Assembly (NCBI GenBank): GCA_963781585.1
Contig: CAWAGQ010000013.1
Location: forward strand, 1-64,000
DNA from: an uncultured Gemmatimonadaceae bacterium
Lineage (GTDB): Bacteria; Gemmatimonadota; Gemmatimonadetes; Gemmatimonadales; Gemmatimonadaceae
DNA length: 64,000 nucleotides
Direction of reading: 5' to 3'
A program made the translations under genes and the position numbers. Shown piece after piece: positions 50,391-60,699 of this stretch (positions are counted from its first letter, which is position 1; every line of letters starts with the position of its first letter). Below the pieces are notes generated by a model. That model had not been told where the DNA came from and did no database searches. It saw only the letters and a list, made by a program, of their open reading frames with translations.

Positions 50391-51197
50391 TCAGCGCCCG
50401 GCGCCCTCCGCACGTCCCGAGTCCGTGAAACGCCGGCCCAACCGGAGCCGGAAGAGCGCCCGAAACACGGACCGCGGCAGCCGCAGGAAGACAAGCAGAA
50501 TCAGGCGGTAGCGGAGTCCCGGCACTACACGAGCAGGGCGACCGCGTCGCATTGCGTCGAGCGACTCGCGCACCACGCGATCGGCGTTCATCCACATCCA
50601 GGCCGGGATGCGCCGCTTGTCCGAGCCCATGCGCTGATGAAACTCGGTGTGCGTGTATCCGGGGCAGAGGGCCTGCACGTACACGCCCGTCCCGTCCAGC
50701 TCGACCGCGAGCGCCTCGGTGTAGACCCGCAGGTATGCCTTGGTCGCCGCGTAGTTGATGTTGCCCGGCGCTGTGAGAAACGATGCCACGGAAGACACAT
50801 TGATGATGGCGCCATGCCCACGCGACAGCATCCCCTGCACGGCGGCATGCGTTAGGCGGTGCGCCGCCAGCACGTGGACGCGCACCATGTCGTCCTGCGG
50901 CTTGCGCGGCATGCGCGCCAGTCGGCCGGAGAGGCCGAAGCCGGCGTTGTTGACCAGGACGTCCAGCGGCAGCGCGTCGATCCGCTCCACCACACGGCTC
51001 ACGTCGTCATCCACTGACAGGTCGGCGGGCAGGACGTCGACGCGATGCGCGTGACGCGACGAGAGCTCGGCGGCCGCTGCCTGGAGGCGCTGAACGTCGC
51101 GCGCCGCGAGCACGAGGTCGAAGCCGCTCGCCGCGAGCTGCTCGGCGAACTCCCGGCCAAGGCCGGAGCTGGCTCCGGTGATGAGGGCAAGCGGCAT
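50391..51197 (-). CDS. SDR family oxidoreductase
   Basis: TGASSGLG, NNAG, YAATK. Confidence 0.93.
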   Translation of the reverse strand: MPLALITGASSGLGREFAEQLAASGFDLVLAARDVQRLQAAAAELSSRHAHRVDVLPADLSVDDDVSRVVERIDALPLDVLVNNAGFGLSGRLARMPRKPQDDMVRVHVLAAHRLTHAAVQGMLSRGHGAIINVSSVASFLTAPGNINYAATKAYLRVYTEALAVELDGTGVYVQALCPGYTHTEFHQRMGSDKRRIPAWMWMNADRVVRESLDAMRRGRPARVVPGLRYRLILLVFLRLPRSVFRALFRLRLGRRFTDSGRAEGAGR

Positions 51198-51294
51198 GAG
51201 ATGCGAAGGGGGAGGAAGGCGGATCGGTGGCTGTCTGTACCCGTGGGAAGATGCGTTGCGAATGCGCCAACGCGAGGCCGGCTTGGTTCCCGGG

Positions 51295-51376
51295 AGCGGC
51301 GCGGAGAATTCGACTCTGACTCCATCTTTCCTCCGAAGCGGCGCGCAGAATTCGACTCTGACCCCACTTTTCCTCC
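51295..51376. repeat. Two-copy 42-bp-period tandem repeat
   Basis: agcggcgcg.agaattcgactctgac.cca..tttcctcc twice. Confidence 0.85.
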
Positions 51377-51405
51377 CGCCTACTATATCCGGGCGCTATC
51401 TTCGA

Positions 51406-51423
51406 TTGTGAAATCATTCACAT
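51406..51423. promoter_or_regulatory. Rex-type operator upstream of etfB
   Basis: TTGTGAA-ATCA-TTCACAT, 9 nt before the ATG. Confidence 0.75.
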
Positions 51424-51432
51424 ACTGAACCC

Positions 51433-52191
51433 ATGCCCGTGAAGATCGCGGTCTGCATCAAACGCGTCCCCGAAATGGACGTGAAATTCCGAATCGCGGA
51501 CTCCGGACTCGACGTCGACCAGACCGGCCTCAAGTACGACATGGGCGACTTCGACGGCTATGCCGTCGAGTTCGCGCTGCAGCAGATCGAGAAGCAGGGC
51601 GGTGGCGAGGTCGTCGTCGTCTCGTTAGGTGCGCACTCGGTGCAGGAGACGCTGCGGAAGGCCCTCAGCATGGGCGCCACGCGCGCCGTCCACCTGCGGT
51701 GCGAGTCGGTCCCGGTGGACAGCATGGCGGTGGCCGAGGCGCTGGCGGCCGAGCTCAAGGGCGGGGAATTCGATCTGATTCTCTTCGGACGGATGTCGCA
51801 GGATACCGCTAACGGCGCGGTGGGACTTATGGTCGCGGAACTGCTCGACCTCCCCGCGGTCCATGCCTGCTCGAAGCTCGATCTTGGGGACGGTCGCGGT
51901 ACCGCCCGACGCGAGCTCGAGGGAGGCGCCGAGATGGTGGAATTCCCGCTTCCCGCCGTGCTTACCATAGACGAAGGCATCGCCCGTCCCAGGTATCCGT
52001 CGCTCAAGGGGATCATGGCGGCGAAGAAGAAACCGCTCGACGTGAAACCCGCGCAACTGGGGGCCGAACGGCTCGCCGTGGTGCGCATGGAGCTTCCGCC
52101 CGAGCGGAAGGCCGGACGCATTATTGGTGAGGGTGCGGCCGCCGTGCCGGAACTCGTGCGGCTCCTTCGCACCGAAGCGAAGGTGCTGTGA
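51433..52191 (+). CDS. etfB: Electron transfer flavoprotein beta subunit
   Basis: VCIKRVP, ALSMGA, PRYPSLKGIMAAKKKP. Confidence 0.95.
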   Translation: MPVKIAVCIKRVPEMDVKFRIADSGLDVDQTGLKYDMGDFDGYAVEFALQQIEKQGGGEVVVVSLGAHSVQETLRKALSMGATRAVHLRCESVPVDSMAVAEALAAELKGGEFDLILFGRMSQDTANGAVGLMVAELLDLPAVHACSKLDLGDGRGTARRELEGGAEMVEFPLPAVLTIDEGIARPRYPSLKGIMAAKKKPLDVKPAQLGAERLAVVRMELPPERKAGRIIGEGAAAVPELVRLLRTEAKVL

Positions 52192-53180
52192 TGGGAAACA
52201 TCCTCGCGTTCGCGGAGACACGCGACGGTACGCTTCGCAACGTCGCCTTGGAGACGGTGTCGGCAGCGCACGCGCTCGCACAACGGGCGGGAGGCGAGGT
52301 GCACGCCATCCTGGCGGGTGCCTCGGCGATGAGCCCCATTGCGCCGCGACTCGGCGAGTACGGCGCGGAGACGGTGTTCGTGACCGAGGCCGCGGCGTTC
52401 GCCAGGTACAATCCCGAAGCGACGGCGTCGCTGGTGGCGGAGCGCGCCAGCTCCGGCGGTTACCGCGCCGTGATCTTCGCTGCGTCCGCCCAGGGCAGGG
52501 ATCTCGCCCCTCGGGTCGCCGCGAAGCTCCGCGTCCCGCTGGCCGCCGACGTTCTCTCCATCGCGATGGACGCCGACGCGATCGCGGTAACCCACTTTGC
52601 CTACGCCGGCAAGGTGGTGGCAACCCTTCGACTGTCGGCCGAACCAGCCGTCATTTCCGTGCGCCCGGGAACGCTGCCGCCAACGAAAGCGGCCGGTGCG
52701 GGTCGCGTGGAATCGGCGTCACCGGTTGGCGATCCGTCCGCGGCGCGGGTCGTGGTCACCGAGACGATTCTCGGCGATTCGCGAAAGCTCGACCTGGCGG
52801 ATGCGCCGGTGATCGTGAGTGGCGGACGGGGACTCCGGGCCGCCGAGAACTTTCAGCTGGTCGAGGCGCTCGCCGCAGCATTCGGGAACGCGGCGGTCGG
52901 GGCCACGCGCGCGGTGACGGACGAAGGATGGCGTCCGCACAGCGATCAGATCGGACAGACCGGACGCCAGGTGAGTCCCGACCTGTACGTGGCCCTTGGT
53001 ATTTCCGGCGCCATTCAGCACCTGGCCGGCATGAAGACATCGAAGACGATCGTCGCCATCAACAAGGATCGTGAGGCGCCGATCTTCAAGATCGCGGACT
53101 ACGGGATCGTGGGTGACGTGTTCGACGTGGTGCCCGCACTCACCACCGCCGTGCAGGAGGCAAGGAAGCACGGGGCATGA
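52191..53180 (+). CDS. etfA: Electron transfer flavoprotein alpha subunit
   Basis: VSGGRG, QIGQTG, GISGAIQHLAGM, AINKD. Confidence 0.95.
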   Translation: MGNILAFAETRDGTLRNVALETVSAAHALAQRAGGEVHAILAGASAMSPIAPRLGEYGAETVFVTEAAAFARYNPEATASLVAERASSGGYRAVIFAASAQGRDLAPRVAAKLRVPLAADVLSIAMDADAIAVTHFAYAGKVVATLRLSAEPAVISVRPGTLPPTKAAGAGRVESASPVGDPSAARVVVTETILGDSRKLDLADAPVIVSGGRGLRAAENFQLVEALAAAFGNAAVGATRAVTDEGWRPHSDQIGQTGRQVSPDLYVALGISGAIQHLAGMKTSKTIVAINKDREAPIFKIADYGIVGDVFDVVPALTTAVQEARKHGA

Positions 53181-55267
53181 CCACGCAGAACATCGTCTTC
53201 GCGCTTGTCCTCGCCGTGGCAGCCGCCACGTTCTCGTTCAGCGTGCAGCGGCTGTATCGCTTCCTCCGGCTGGGCGTCGACACGAGCCGCGCCGATGAGC
53301 CCCTGCGACGCCTGTGGAATGTGTTCTCGATCGGCATCGCGCAGCGCAAAATCCTGCGGGACCGCGTGGCGGGTCCGCTCCACGCGCTCGTCTTCTGGGG
53401 ATTCATCGTGCTCACCGCCGGAAGCGCCGAGATACTGGTGCGCGGTGTGGTCCCGGCGTTCTCATACGAAAGCCTCGTCCCCGGACCACTCTACGGCGCG
53501 TTTCTCTTCTCCCAGGAGATCTTCGCCCTCTTCGTCCTGGTCGCCGTCGCCGTATTGCTGTACCGGCGGATCGTGGTAAGGCCACCGCGGCTGCAGGGTG
53601 ACAACGTACATAGCGGCGACGCCATTCTCATTCTGTCGATGATCGCCGTGCTGATGATCACGCTGTTCCTCATGGCGGCCTTCGATCGCAACCTGGGCGC
53701 GGCCCGCGCCCCGGCCGTGCAGCCGGTGTCCACGCCCATGGCCATGGCATTGGCGTGGATGTCGCCCGCCGCGGCGCGGGCCGGTCACGACGTGAGCTGG
53801 TGGATGCACGCCACCGTTATCCTGATCTTCCTGAACTATCTGCCGTATTCGAAACACCTCCACATCATCGTCGCCCTGCCGAACACCTGGCTCTCGAACA
53901 CCAGCGGTCCGGGGGTCATCGGCGCCATGCGGCCGATGGACCTTGAGCGCGAGGACGCGACGTTCGGCGCCGAGGACGTCACCCAGCTCACCTGGAAGAA
54001 CCTCCTCGATGGGTATGCGTGCACCGAGTGCGGGCGCTGCACCGCGGCGTGTCCGGCGAGCATCACGGGCAAGCCCCTCTCCCCGCGCAAGATCGTCATC
54101 AACACACGGCAGAGGTTGATGGAGCTGGCACCTGTCCTGCTCGGCGACCGGGATCCGGCGGCGGCTTCGTTCCTGGGCACTCCCGGGCCGAACGAGGCCG
54201 ACGCAGCGGAACTGCGCGGTCACCGCCTGCTCGATCACTACATCAGCGAAGAGGAGCTGTGGGCGTGCACGTCCTGTCGCGCGTGTGTGCAGGAATGTCC
54301 GGTGTCCATCGATCAGCTGGAAATCATCAACGAACTCCGCCGCAGCCTGGTCCTCTCGGAGTCGCGCTTCCCCGAGGAAGTGCTCCCCGCGTTCGAATCG
54401 CTCGAGCGCAATGGGTCCCCCTGGGCGTTCCAGCGCGACGACCGCGCCCAATGGGCCGAGGGCCTCGGCATTCCCACCATGGCCGACCTGGCCGCGCGGG
54501 GCGAGCGCCCCGAGGTACTGTTCTGGGTGGGCTGCATGGGATCGTTCGACGACCGGGCGAAGAAGATCGCGGTGGCATTCGCGCGGATCCTCCAGGCCGC
54601 CGGCGTCCGATTCGCAATCCTCGGACGGGAGGAGAGCTGTCACGGCGATCCGGCGCGCCGCATGGGGAACGAGTATCTCTACCAGATCCTCGCGAAACAG
54701 GCGATCGAGACCCTGGATCGGTACGCCGTCACCACGATCGTTACCAGCTGCCCGCACTGCTTCCACCAGATGGCGCGGGAATTTCCGCAGCTCGGCGGTC
54801 ACTACGAGGTCATCCACCACTCGACCTATATCGCGCTGCTCCTCCAGCAGGGTCGCGTTCCCCTCGACAACGACGAGAACGAGCGGCTCACCATCGCCTA
54901 TCACGACAGCTGCTACCTCGGACGGTACAACGGGATCTACGATTCCCCCCGCGAGACCCTGCGCCGGGCGCTCCCGATCGTGACCCTCTCCGAGCCGGCC
55001 CGCTCGCGCGATCGCGGCCTCTGCTGCGGGGCCGGCGGCGGTCGGATGTTCATGGAGGAGCGGGTCGGAAAGCGCATCAACGTCGAGCGCACCGAGGAGC
55101 TGCTCCAGACGGGAGCCGACGCGCTGGCGGTGGCCTGCCCGTTCTGCATGACCATGATTTCCGATGGAGCCGCGGCACTCGGCAGCGATACGCCGGTTCT
55201 GGACGTAGCCGAGGTAGTGGCACAGCGGCTCTCCGGCACCCTGGTGACCCCGCAGGCGCGAGGCTAG
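53177..55267 (+). CDS. Membrane Fe-S oxidoreductase (FadF-like; transmembrane domain, two 4Fe-4S motifs, CCG domains)
   Basis: CTECGRCTAACP, CTSCRACVQECP, YHDSCYLGR, CCGAGGG. Confidence 0.9.
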   Translation: MTTQNIVFALVLAVAAATFSFSVQRLYRFLRLGVDTSRADEPLRRLWNVFSIGIAQRKILRDRVAGPLHALVFWGFIVLTAGSAEILVRGVVPAFSYESLVPGPLYGAFLFSQEIFALFVLVAVAVLLYRRIVVRPPRLQGDNVHSGDAILILSMIAVLMITLFLMAAFDRNLGAARAPAVQPVSTPMAMALAWMSPAAARAGHDVSWWMHATVILIFLNYLPYSKHLHIIVALPNTWLSNTSGPGVIGAMRPMDLEREDATFGAEDVTQLTWKNLLDGYACTECGRCTAACPASITGKPLSPRKIVINTRQRLMELAPVLLGDRDPAAASFLGTPGPNEADAAELRGHRLLDHYISEEELWACTSCRACVQECPVSIDQLEIINELRRSLVLSESRFPEEVLPAFESLERNGSPWAFQRDDRAQWAEGLGIPTMADLAARGERPEVLFWVGCMGSFDDRAKKIAVAFARILQAAGVRFAILGREESCHGDPARRMGNEYLYQILAKQAIETLDRYAVTTIVTSCPHCFHQMAREFPQLGGHYEVIHHSTYIALLLQQGRVPLDNDENERLTIAYHDSCYLGRYNGIYDSPRETLRRALPIVTLSEPARSRDRGLCCGAGGGRMFMEERVGKRINVERTEELLQTGADALAVACPFCMTMISDGAAALGSDTPVLDVAEVVAQRLSGTLVTPQARG

Positions 55268-55443
55268 CCATCACGCGTCGGCTTCGTTCCGGTTTGGCGG
55301 AGAGGTACGGATGCGGGGGAGACCACCGGTGCGGACGAGCCTGGCACGTTGCCATCGCTCGACGTGAAAGACAATTTGCAGTACCCACGCAGCGCGGCGG
55401 GTACCGCCGCGCCGACCTGCTGACGGGATCAGGAGAAACAGCA

Positions 55444-55884
55444 ATGCGTCATGCTAGAGCCGCCTCCCCTCTGGGCCTGTTCGCCCTGCTCGTCGCCGCC
55501 GTGGCCATCGCGGCCTGCGGTGGCGGAAGTGAGCAGGCAACGCCGAGCGCTGACAGTGCGGTCGCTGCCGCGCCCCCACCTCCACCCGAGTCCTTCGCTG
55601 TGACGGGGAAGGACGACTCGTGGACGGTTGATATCACCCCGGCCAACATCGTGTGGCACAAGGTGAAGGGCCGGAAGGACTCGATCGTCTTCGATTTCAA
55701 GGCGCCCACGATCGACGGCGCCATTCACGAGTACGAGTCGATCCTGACCGCGCCGGATACGCACACGATCCACGTCACCCTCTCCATGGTGCCCTGCGCG
55801 GACAACAGCAAGAAGGAATACACGCACCAGGCGCAGGTGTGGGTGGATCGCGTCGCGTACAGCGGCTGTGCGGTGAAGAAGTAG
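55444..55884 (+). CDS. Hypothetical lipoprotein
   Basis: Lipobox IAAC; PCAD...YSGCA Cys pair. Confidence 0.7.
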   Translation: MRHARAASPLGLFALLVAAVAIAACGGGSEQATPSADSAVAAAPPPPPESFAVTGKDDSWTVDITPANIVWHKVKGRKDSIVFDFKAPTIDGAIHEYESILTAPDTHTIHVTLSMVPCADNSKKEYTHQAQVWVDRVAYSGCAVKK

Positions 55885-55890
55885 CGCTGT

Positions 55891-57141
55891 TCAGAGCGCA
55901 AACGACTCGGCGAGTTCCGCGTCGTCACTCACCAGCAGCGCGTTCAGCCGATCGCCCGCTTCTGATCGCGGGCGATCGTCGGGGACGATCAGCAGGGCAT
56001 TGGCGCGCGCCATCGACGTGAGGATCGCAGAGCCCTGAGGGCCCGTGAGGCGCGCACCAAGGGCACCGTCGTCGCGCACGTGCACCACCGCTCGCAGGAA
56101 GTGAGTGAGCCGTGCGCCGATCGCGACGGGTTCCTCCAGTACGACCGGGACCGGTCGTCGGAAGAGACGCGCGTGTCCCAGCATCCGGCGAATCACGGGC
56201 CTCACGAACAGCTCGAACGTCACCATTGCCGAGACGGGGTTTCCCGGCAGGCCGACCCACGGAATGGCGCCGAGCGTGCCGAAGCCCAGTGGGGCACCGG
56301 GACGCATCCGCACCCGCCAGAACCGGATCTCCGCACCAAGGGATTGCAGCACGTCGCGCGTGTAGTCGAATTCCCCCACCGACGCGCCGGCCGACGTCAC
56401 CAGCAGATCCGCGCCGGCCGATCGCTGCAGCATCGCGCGCAGGGCCTCGGGCGCATCCGCGGAGTTGCCGAGGTTGATCGGCGTCCCGCCGGCCTGCCTC
56501 ACGAGGGCGCTCAACGAATAGCTGTTCGAGGCCAGGACCTTCTTCCCGTCCAGCACCTCATGAAAGCGGTCCAGGTCCACCAGCTCATCGCCTGACCCGG
56601 CGATGGCCACCACCGGTCGCCGGTGGACCTCGACTGCGGCGTACCCAAGGCTGGCCAGCACGCCGATCTGTGCCGGCGCCAGGGGCGTTCCGGCAGGCAG
56701 CACCAACTCGCCTTCGCGAAAATCTTCGCCACGCGGGCGAATGTTGCGGTGCCGATCGCGGTCGTTGCGAATGACTACCCGCTCGGTGCCGCCGTCGGTG
56801 TCTTCGACCCTGATCACGCTGTCGGCGTCCTGGGGAAGCGGGGCCCCGGTCATGATGCGGGTCGCCTCGCCGGCCCCCACGGCAACGCTCGGGAAGTCTC
56901 CCGCCGCCACGGTCTCCACCACGCGCAACGTCAGCGGGTGCGACGCGGTGGCACCCGCCACATCGCTCCCCCGCACGGCATAGCCGTCCATCGCGGAGTT
57001 GTCCCACTGCGGTAGCGTGTACGAGGCCGACGCCGGGGCAGCGAGCACCCGGCCCAGCGCGTCGAGCAGCGGTACGCGCTCGGTGAGCAGCGGGCGGATT
57101 CCGGCCAGAATCTGGCGGCTGGCTTCGGGGACGCTGAGCAT
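55891..57141 (-). CDS. moeA: Molybdopterin molybdotransferase
   Basis: SAMDGYAV, RIMTGAPLP, SGDEL, GLPGNPVS. Confidence 0.95.
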   Translation of the reverse strand: MLSVPEASRQILAGIRPLLTERVPLLDALGRVLAAPASASYTLPQWDNSAMDGYAVRGSDVAGATASHPLTLRVVETVAAGDFPSVAVGAGEATRIMTGAPLPQDADSVIRVEDTDGGTERVVIRNDRDRHRNIRPRGEDFREGELVLPAGTPLAPAQIGVLASLGYAAVEVHRRPVVAIAGSGDELVDLDRFHEVLDGKKVLASNSYSLSALVRQAGGTPINLGNSADAPEALRAMLQRSAGADLLVTSAGASVGEFDYTRDVLQSLGAEIRFWRVRMRPGAPLGFGTLGAIPWVGLPGNPVSAMVTFELFVRPVIRRMLGHARLFRRPVPVVLEEPVAIGARLTHFLRAVVHVRDDGALGARLTGPQGSAILTSMARANALLIVPDDRPRSEAGDRLNALLVSDDAELAESFAL

Positions 57142-58688
57142 CAGGGGCGACCGAGTCGCATGCGGGTGAGTCGCGCGGCGATTGAGTCCTGCACCGCAGT
57201 GACCAGGGTTGGCGGGACCGTCCAGTTGTTGCTCAGCATGCTGAAGATGAGCCGGTGCCCGTCTGCGGTGGTGGTGTAGCCCGAGAGTGAACGCACCATG
57301 TCGAGCGAGCCGGTCTTGGCGTGCACGACGCCTTCGGCTGCGGTCCCCCGCATGCGCGTGGCGATGGTGCCATCCACCCCCGCCACCGGCAACGCGTCGT
57401 AGAACGCCGCGAAGGCGGTGTCGCGGCGGATGGCGGCCAGCGCGCGGACGATCGTCTCCGGCGTGACAAGGTCGTGGCGGGACAGTCCGCTGCCGTCCCG
57501 CATCACGAAGCCGTCGGGCGCGGCGCCCCACTCGAGGAGCTGGCGCCGGACCACCGCGGCGCCACTGTCGGCGCGGCCGACGCCGGCTACCGACCTGCCT
57601 AACGTCTTGAGCAGAATCTCGGCGATCTGGTTCTGCGACGGCTTGAGAAACGGGGGCAGAATCTCACGCAAGGGTGGCGAGAGAACCGAGAACAGCGGAT
57701 AGGCGTCGCCGGCAGTCGGCGCCCGCACCAGTGGCATGTCCCCCGACCCCATCGAGTCCGCGACTGGAGCCGGGACCGTCCGTTCGCGGACCCGGCTTCG
57801 GACGTTCCCGTCGACCGCGATGCCGCGTTCGGTCAGGGCCTCACGCAGCGCGGTGAGATAGGCGGCCACGTTGTCGCGGTAGGTGATCGTCGCGGTCGCG
57901 CTGTCGCGCGGCGCCACCTCGCCGCTGGCAATGATGGCCCCTGGGTCGGTGGAGTCCTGGGTAACGCGCAGCTGACTCGGGCGGCTCGAGTCGGGCGGCG
58001 CCGTCACGACGCTGCTGCGGACGCGCGGGTAGGTGTGCGAGGGAGCCGTGGTGACGATCGCCGGGTCTCCGACGGCGGCGCCGCCGTGCGCCACCACGCG
58101 CGTGAATCCTTCATTGAAGTAGAGCTCGTCGACCCCCGCCCCGTAGGCCGCGTCGAGATCGTCCCAGTCCCATCCATAACCGAGCGACGCGTCAGGAAAC
58201 GCGTCGATCCCCGTCGCCAGATCGCCCGTGATGCGGACGATGCCTCGCGACGCCAGCGAGTCGGCCAATTCGCGCATACCTGACATGGCGTCGCCGCGCA
58301 TATGGTCGCTGATGCTCGGATCGCCCGTCCCGAACACCACCAGATCGCCGTTGATGACGCCATCAGCCGGCGCGGCTGTTGTCCCGACCGTGGTCGAGAA
58401 CCGGAACGCCGGTCCCAGCAGATGGAGCGCCACCGTGCTGGTGAGGATCTTCTGATTCGACGCGGGCATGAAGAGCTTCCCGGCGTTGCGCGAGTACAGC
58501 GTGTCGCCGCGGTCCGGCTCGACGATGAGAATGCCCCACTCCGCATTTCGGAATCGCGCGTCGGTGACGAGGGAGTCGATCGCGGCGGTGAGGGCCGCGA
58601 CCGCCGGCACCGGACGGCTCCGCACCGCCACCCGGCCGGTGGCACAGGCGGCGATCGCGATTCCCAGCGCCGGCCACGCACGCCGCAT
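57141..58688 (-). CDS. dacB: D-alanyl-D-alanine carboxypeptidase/endopeptidase (PBP4 class)
   Basis: PASNQK, SQN, DGSGLSR, KTGSL. Confidence 0.93.
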   Translation of the reverse strand: MRRAWPALGIAIAACATGRVAVRSRPVPAVAALTAAIDSLVTDARFRNAEWGILIVEPDRGDTLYSRNAGKLFMPASNQKILTSTVALHLLGPAFRFSTTVGTTAAPADGVINGDLVVFGTGDPSISDHMRGDAMSGMRELADSLASRGIVRITGDLATGIDAFPDASLGYGWDWDDLDAAYGAGVDELYFNEGFTRVVAHGGAAVGDPAIVTTAPSHTYPRVRSSVVTAPPDSSRPSQLRVTQDSTDPGAIIASGEVAPRDSATATITYRDNVAAYLTALREALTERGIAVDGNVRSRVRERTVPAPVADSMGSGDMPLVRAPTAGDAYPLFSVLSPPLREILPPFLKPSQNQIAEILLKTLGRSVAGVGRADSGAAVVRRQLLEWGAAPDGFVMRDGSGLSRHDLVTPETIVRALAAIRRDTAFAAFYDALPVAGVDGTIATRMRGTAAEGVVHAKTGSLDMVRSLSGYTTTADGHRLIFSMLSNNWTVPPTLVTAVQDSIAARLTRMRLGRP

Positions 58689-58690
58689 GC

Positions 58691-59218
58691 CTAACGCCCC
58701 ATGATGTCGCGCTCCACCAGCGACGCCAGCTCGTCGAGCCAATCGCCGGAATCGAGCCGGAGAATCGGGAGCGGCGCCGCGAACGTCGCGTCGTCGGTGA
58801 CCACCGCACGGTAGTACGCCGCCGCCTCGGATTCCGGGAGCCAGAGCGGCCGCGGGTGCACCGCGCGTCGGTGGATCTCGATCTTCGGCAGGGCGGACGA
58901 CTTGAATCCTTCGCACAGCACCACGTCGGCATCGCTCATGTACGACCTCGCAACCTCCTCGGCGTCCCGCTCGTCGCTCCAGCGCATCACCAGCGCGAAC
59001 TTGTCCGGCGCGACCATTGCCACCCGTTCGGCGTTTCCCTCGTGGAAATGCCGGTAGGTGTCGGTGGTCGCCGGGTCGATGTTGAAGGTGTGCGTGCCGT
59101 GCTTGATCGTCATCACCCGATGTCCCCGACGATGCAACTCGGCCGCCAGCTTCACCAGCAGCGTCGTCTTGCCGCTGTTCTTACGTCCGATGATCGACAC
59201 CATCGGGGGTCGTCGCAT
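58691..59218 (-). CDS. mobB: Molybdopterin-guanine dinucleotide biosynthesis protein B
   Basis: GRKNSGKTTL, IKH, VLCEGFK. Confidence 0.92.
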   Translation of the reverse strand: MRRPPMVSIIGRKNSGKTTLLVKLAAELHRRGHRVMTIKHGTHTFNIDPATTDTYRHFHEGNAERVAMVAPDKFALVMRWSDERDAEEVARSYMSDADVVLCEGFKSSALPKIEIHRRAVHPRPLWLPESEAAAYYRAVVTDDATFAAPLPILRLDSGDWLDELASLVERDIMGR

Positions 59219-59822
59219 GCGCCTCCGCCCGGACCAGCTCGTCCGGGGTGTTCACGTTCATGAACAGCCACTCGGGATCGCCGAAAGCTGCCACCTGCGC
59301 CCACCGAAGGCGAGCGACGCGTACCGCGTCGAAGAAGCCGACCACACGCCGGTCGCCGGCCGTGACACACCGCTCGATCGCCGGCCGGCACGACGGGGCG
59401 TACCAGGCGCAGAGCGGTTCGACCCCGCGCCGCGAGCCGCTCTCCGGAACGGCCGCGTCGGCCCCGGCGCCGAGTTCCCGCAACCGACGCAGCAGCCCGG
59501 AAGGCACGAACGGCATGTCCCACGCCACCACCAGCACTGAACCGGGCGCGTGCGTCAGCGCCGCGTGAATGCCTCCCAGGCCGCCCACCCCGGCCAGTAC
59601 GTCACCCGCATGCCTAACGCCGGGAAGCCACGTTCCGGCGGCCGGGTCGTTGGCCACCAGCAGCAGGTCGTCGGTCGCCTCGCGCAGGGCGTCTGCCACC
59701 CGATCGATGATGCGCCGGCCTCCCACCCGCTCCAGTCCCTTCGGAAGTCCGCCGTATCGGGATGCCGCGCCGCCCGCCAGCACCACGCCGGTGCAGGGCA
59801 CTGTCTCGCCGCTCGGCGCCAC
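59181..59822 (-). CDS. mobA: Molybdenum cofactor guanylyltransferase
   Basis: VLAGGAASRYG..K, GGIHAAL, DMPF, NVNTPDEL. Confidence 0.92.
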   Translation of the reverse strand: MAPSGETVPCTGVVLAGGAASRYGGLPKGLERVGGRRIIDRVADALREATDDLLLVANDPAAGTWLPGVRHAGDVLAGVGGLGGIHAALTHAPGSVLVVAWDMPFVPSGLLRRLRELGAGADAAVPESGSRRGVEPLCAWYAPSCRPAIERCVTAGDRRVVGFFDAVRVARLRWAQVAAFGDPEWLFMNVNTPDELVRAEAHATTPDGVDHRT

Positions 59823-59825
59823 CGC

Positions 59826-60557
59826 TCAGAATCGGTGCAGCTGCGGCTGTCCGCTCACCGCCCGGCCGATCAGCGTCATCCCGGAGGCGCGGGCAATCTC
59901 CACCGCCACGGTCGACGGCACCGACGGCGTCGCGATCACCGCGATGTTCGCACGCGCGGCCTTGTACGCCAGCTCGCCCGAGATCCGTCCCGTTACCAGC
60001 AGCACCAGGTCGTCGGGCCGCTTCCCGTCCTGAATGGCCGCGCCCAGCACCTTGTCCACCGCGTTGTGCCGGCCGATGTCCTCCGCGTGATAGAGCAGCG
60101 ACTCGCCGTCGGTGAGCGCCGCGGCGTGCACCCCCCCCGTTTCCTTGTACCGCGACCCGCGACCGAACATCGCCTTGAACAAGCCCCGCAGCTGGGGTGT
60201 GTCGAGCCGGGGAATCGCACCGCTGCGCCGGGGGACCGCCGCCAGGCTTCCCAGGAATTGCGTGACCGAGCCGCATCCCGAGGCGAGCACCCGTCGCCGC
60301 CCCGATCGCTCCACCGCCGCGACGCGCTCCGCCTCGATGTCCACCCAGAAACCGAGCTCACGCGTGCATGGACGCATGCGCTGAATGTCACCCATGCCGT
60401 CGATGTATCCCTCGCCGAACAGCCACCCCACCACCAGCTCGTCAAGCTGGTCCGGCGTGCACATCCATGTGACCACCGGCGCCCCGTTCACTTCGAGCCA
60501 GACAGGGGTCTCCTCGACGGCATCGAGGGGTACTTCGGTGCGTGTTGCCTCACCCAT
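59826..60557 (-). CDS. fdhD: Formate dehydrogenase accessory sulfurtransferase
   Basis: TGGVHAAAL, EDIGRHNAVDK, TGRIS. Confidence 0.92.
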   Translation of the reverse strand: MGEATRTEVPLDAVEETPVWLEVNGAPVVTWMCTPDQLDELVVGWLFGEGYIDGMGDIQRMRPCTRELGFWVDIEAERVAAVERSGRRRVLASGCGSVTQFLGSLAAVPRRSGAIPRLDTPQLRGLFKAMFGRGSRYKETGGVHAAALTDGESLLYHAEDIGRHNAVDKVLGAAIQDGKRPDDLVLLVTGRISGELAYKAARANIAVIATPSVPSTVAVEIARASGMTLIGRAVSGQPQLHRF

Positions 60558-60699
60558 GGTTCGTAATCTCGCGCGACGGCCGCGCGGCAGGAAGCATCGG
60601 CGCCGCCGGTGAATCCGGTTCGGTCTCCCGAACGAGGCACACCTGCCCATCGACGGCCGGCGTCGATCGCCGGCCCGCGGGCCGATGGCTCTCCCGGCG

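Noticed and set aside
51295..51376. CRISPR array
   Set aside because: Only two adjacent copies, no spacer and no cas genes
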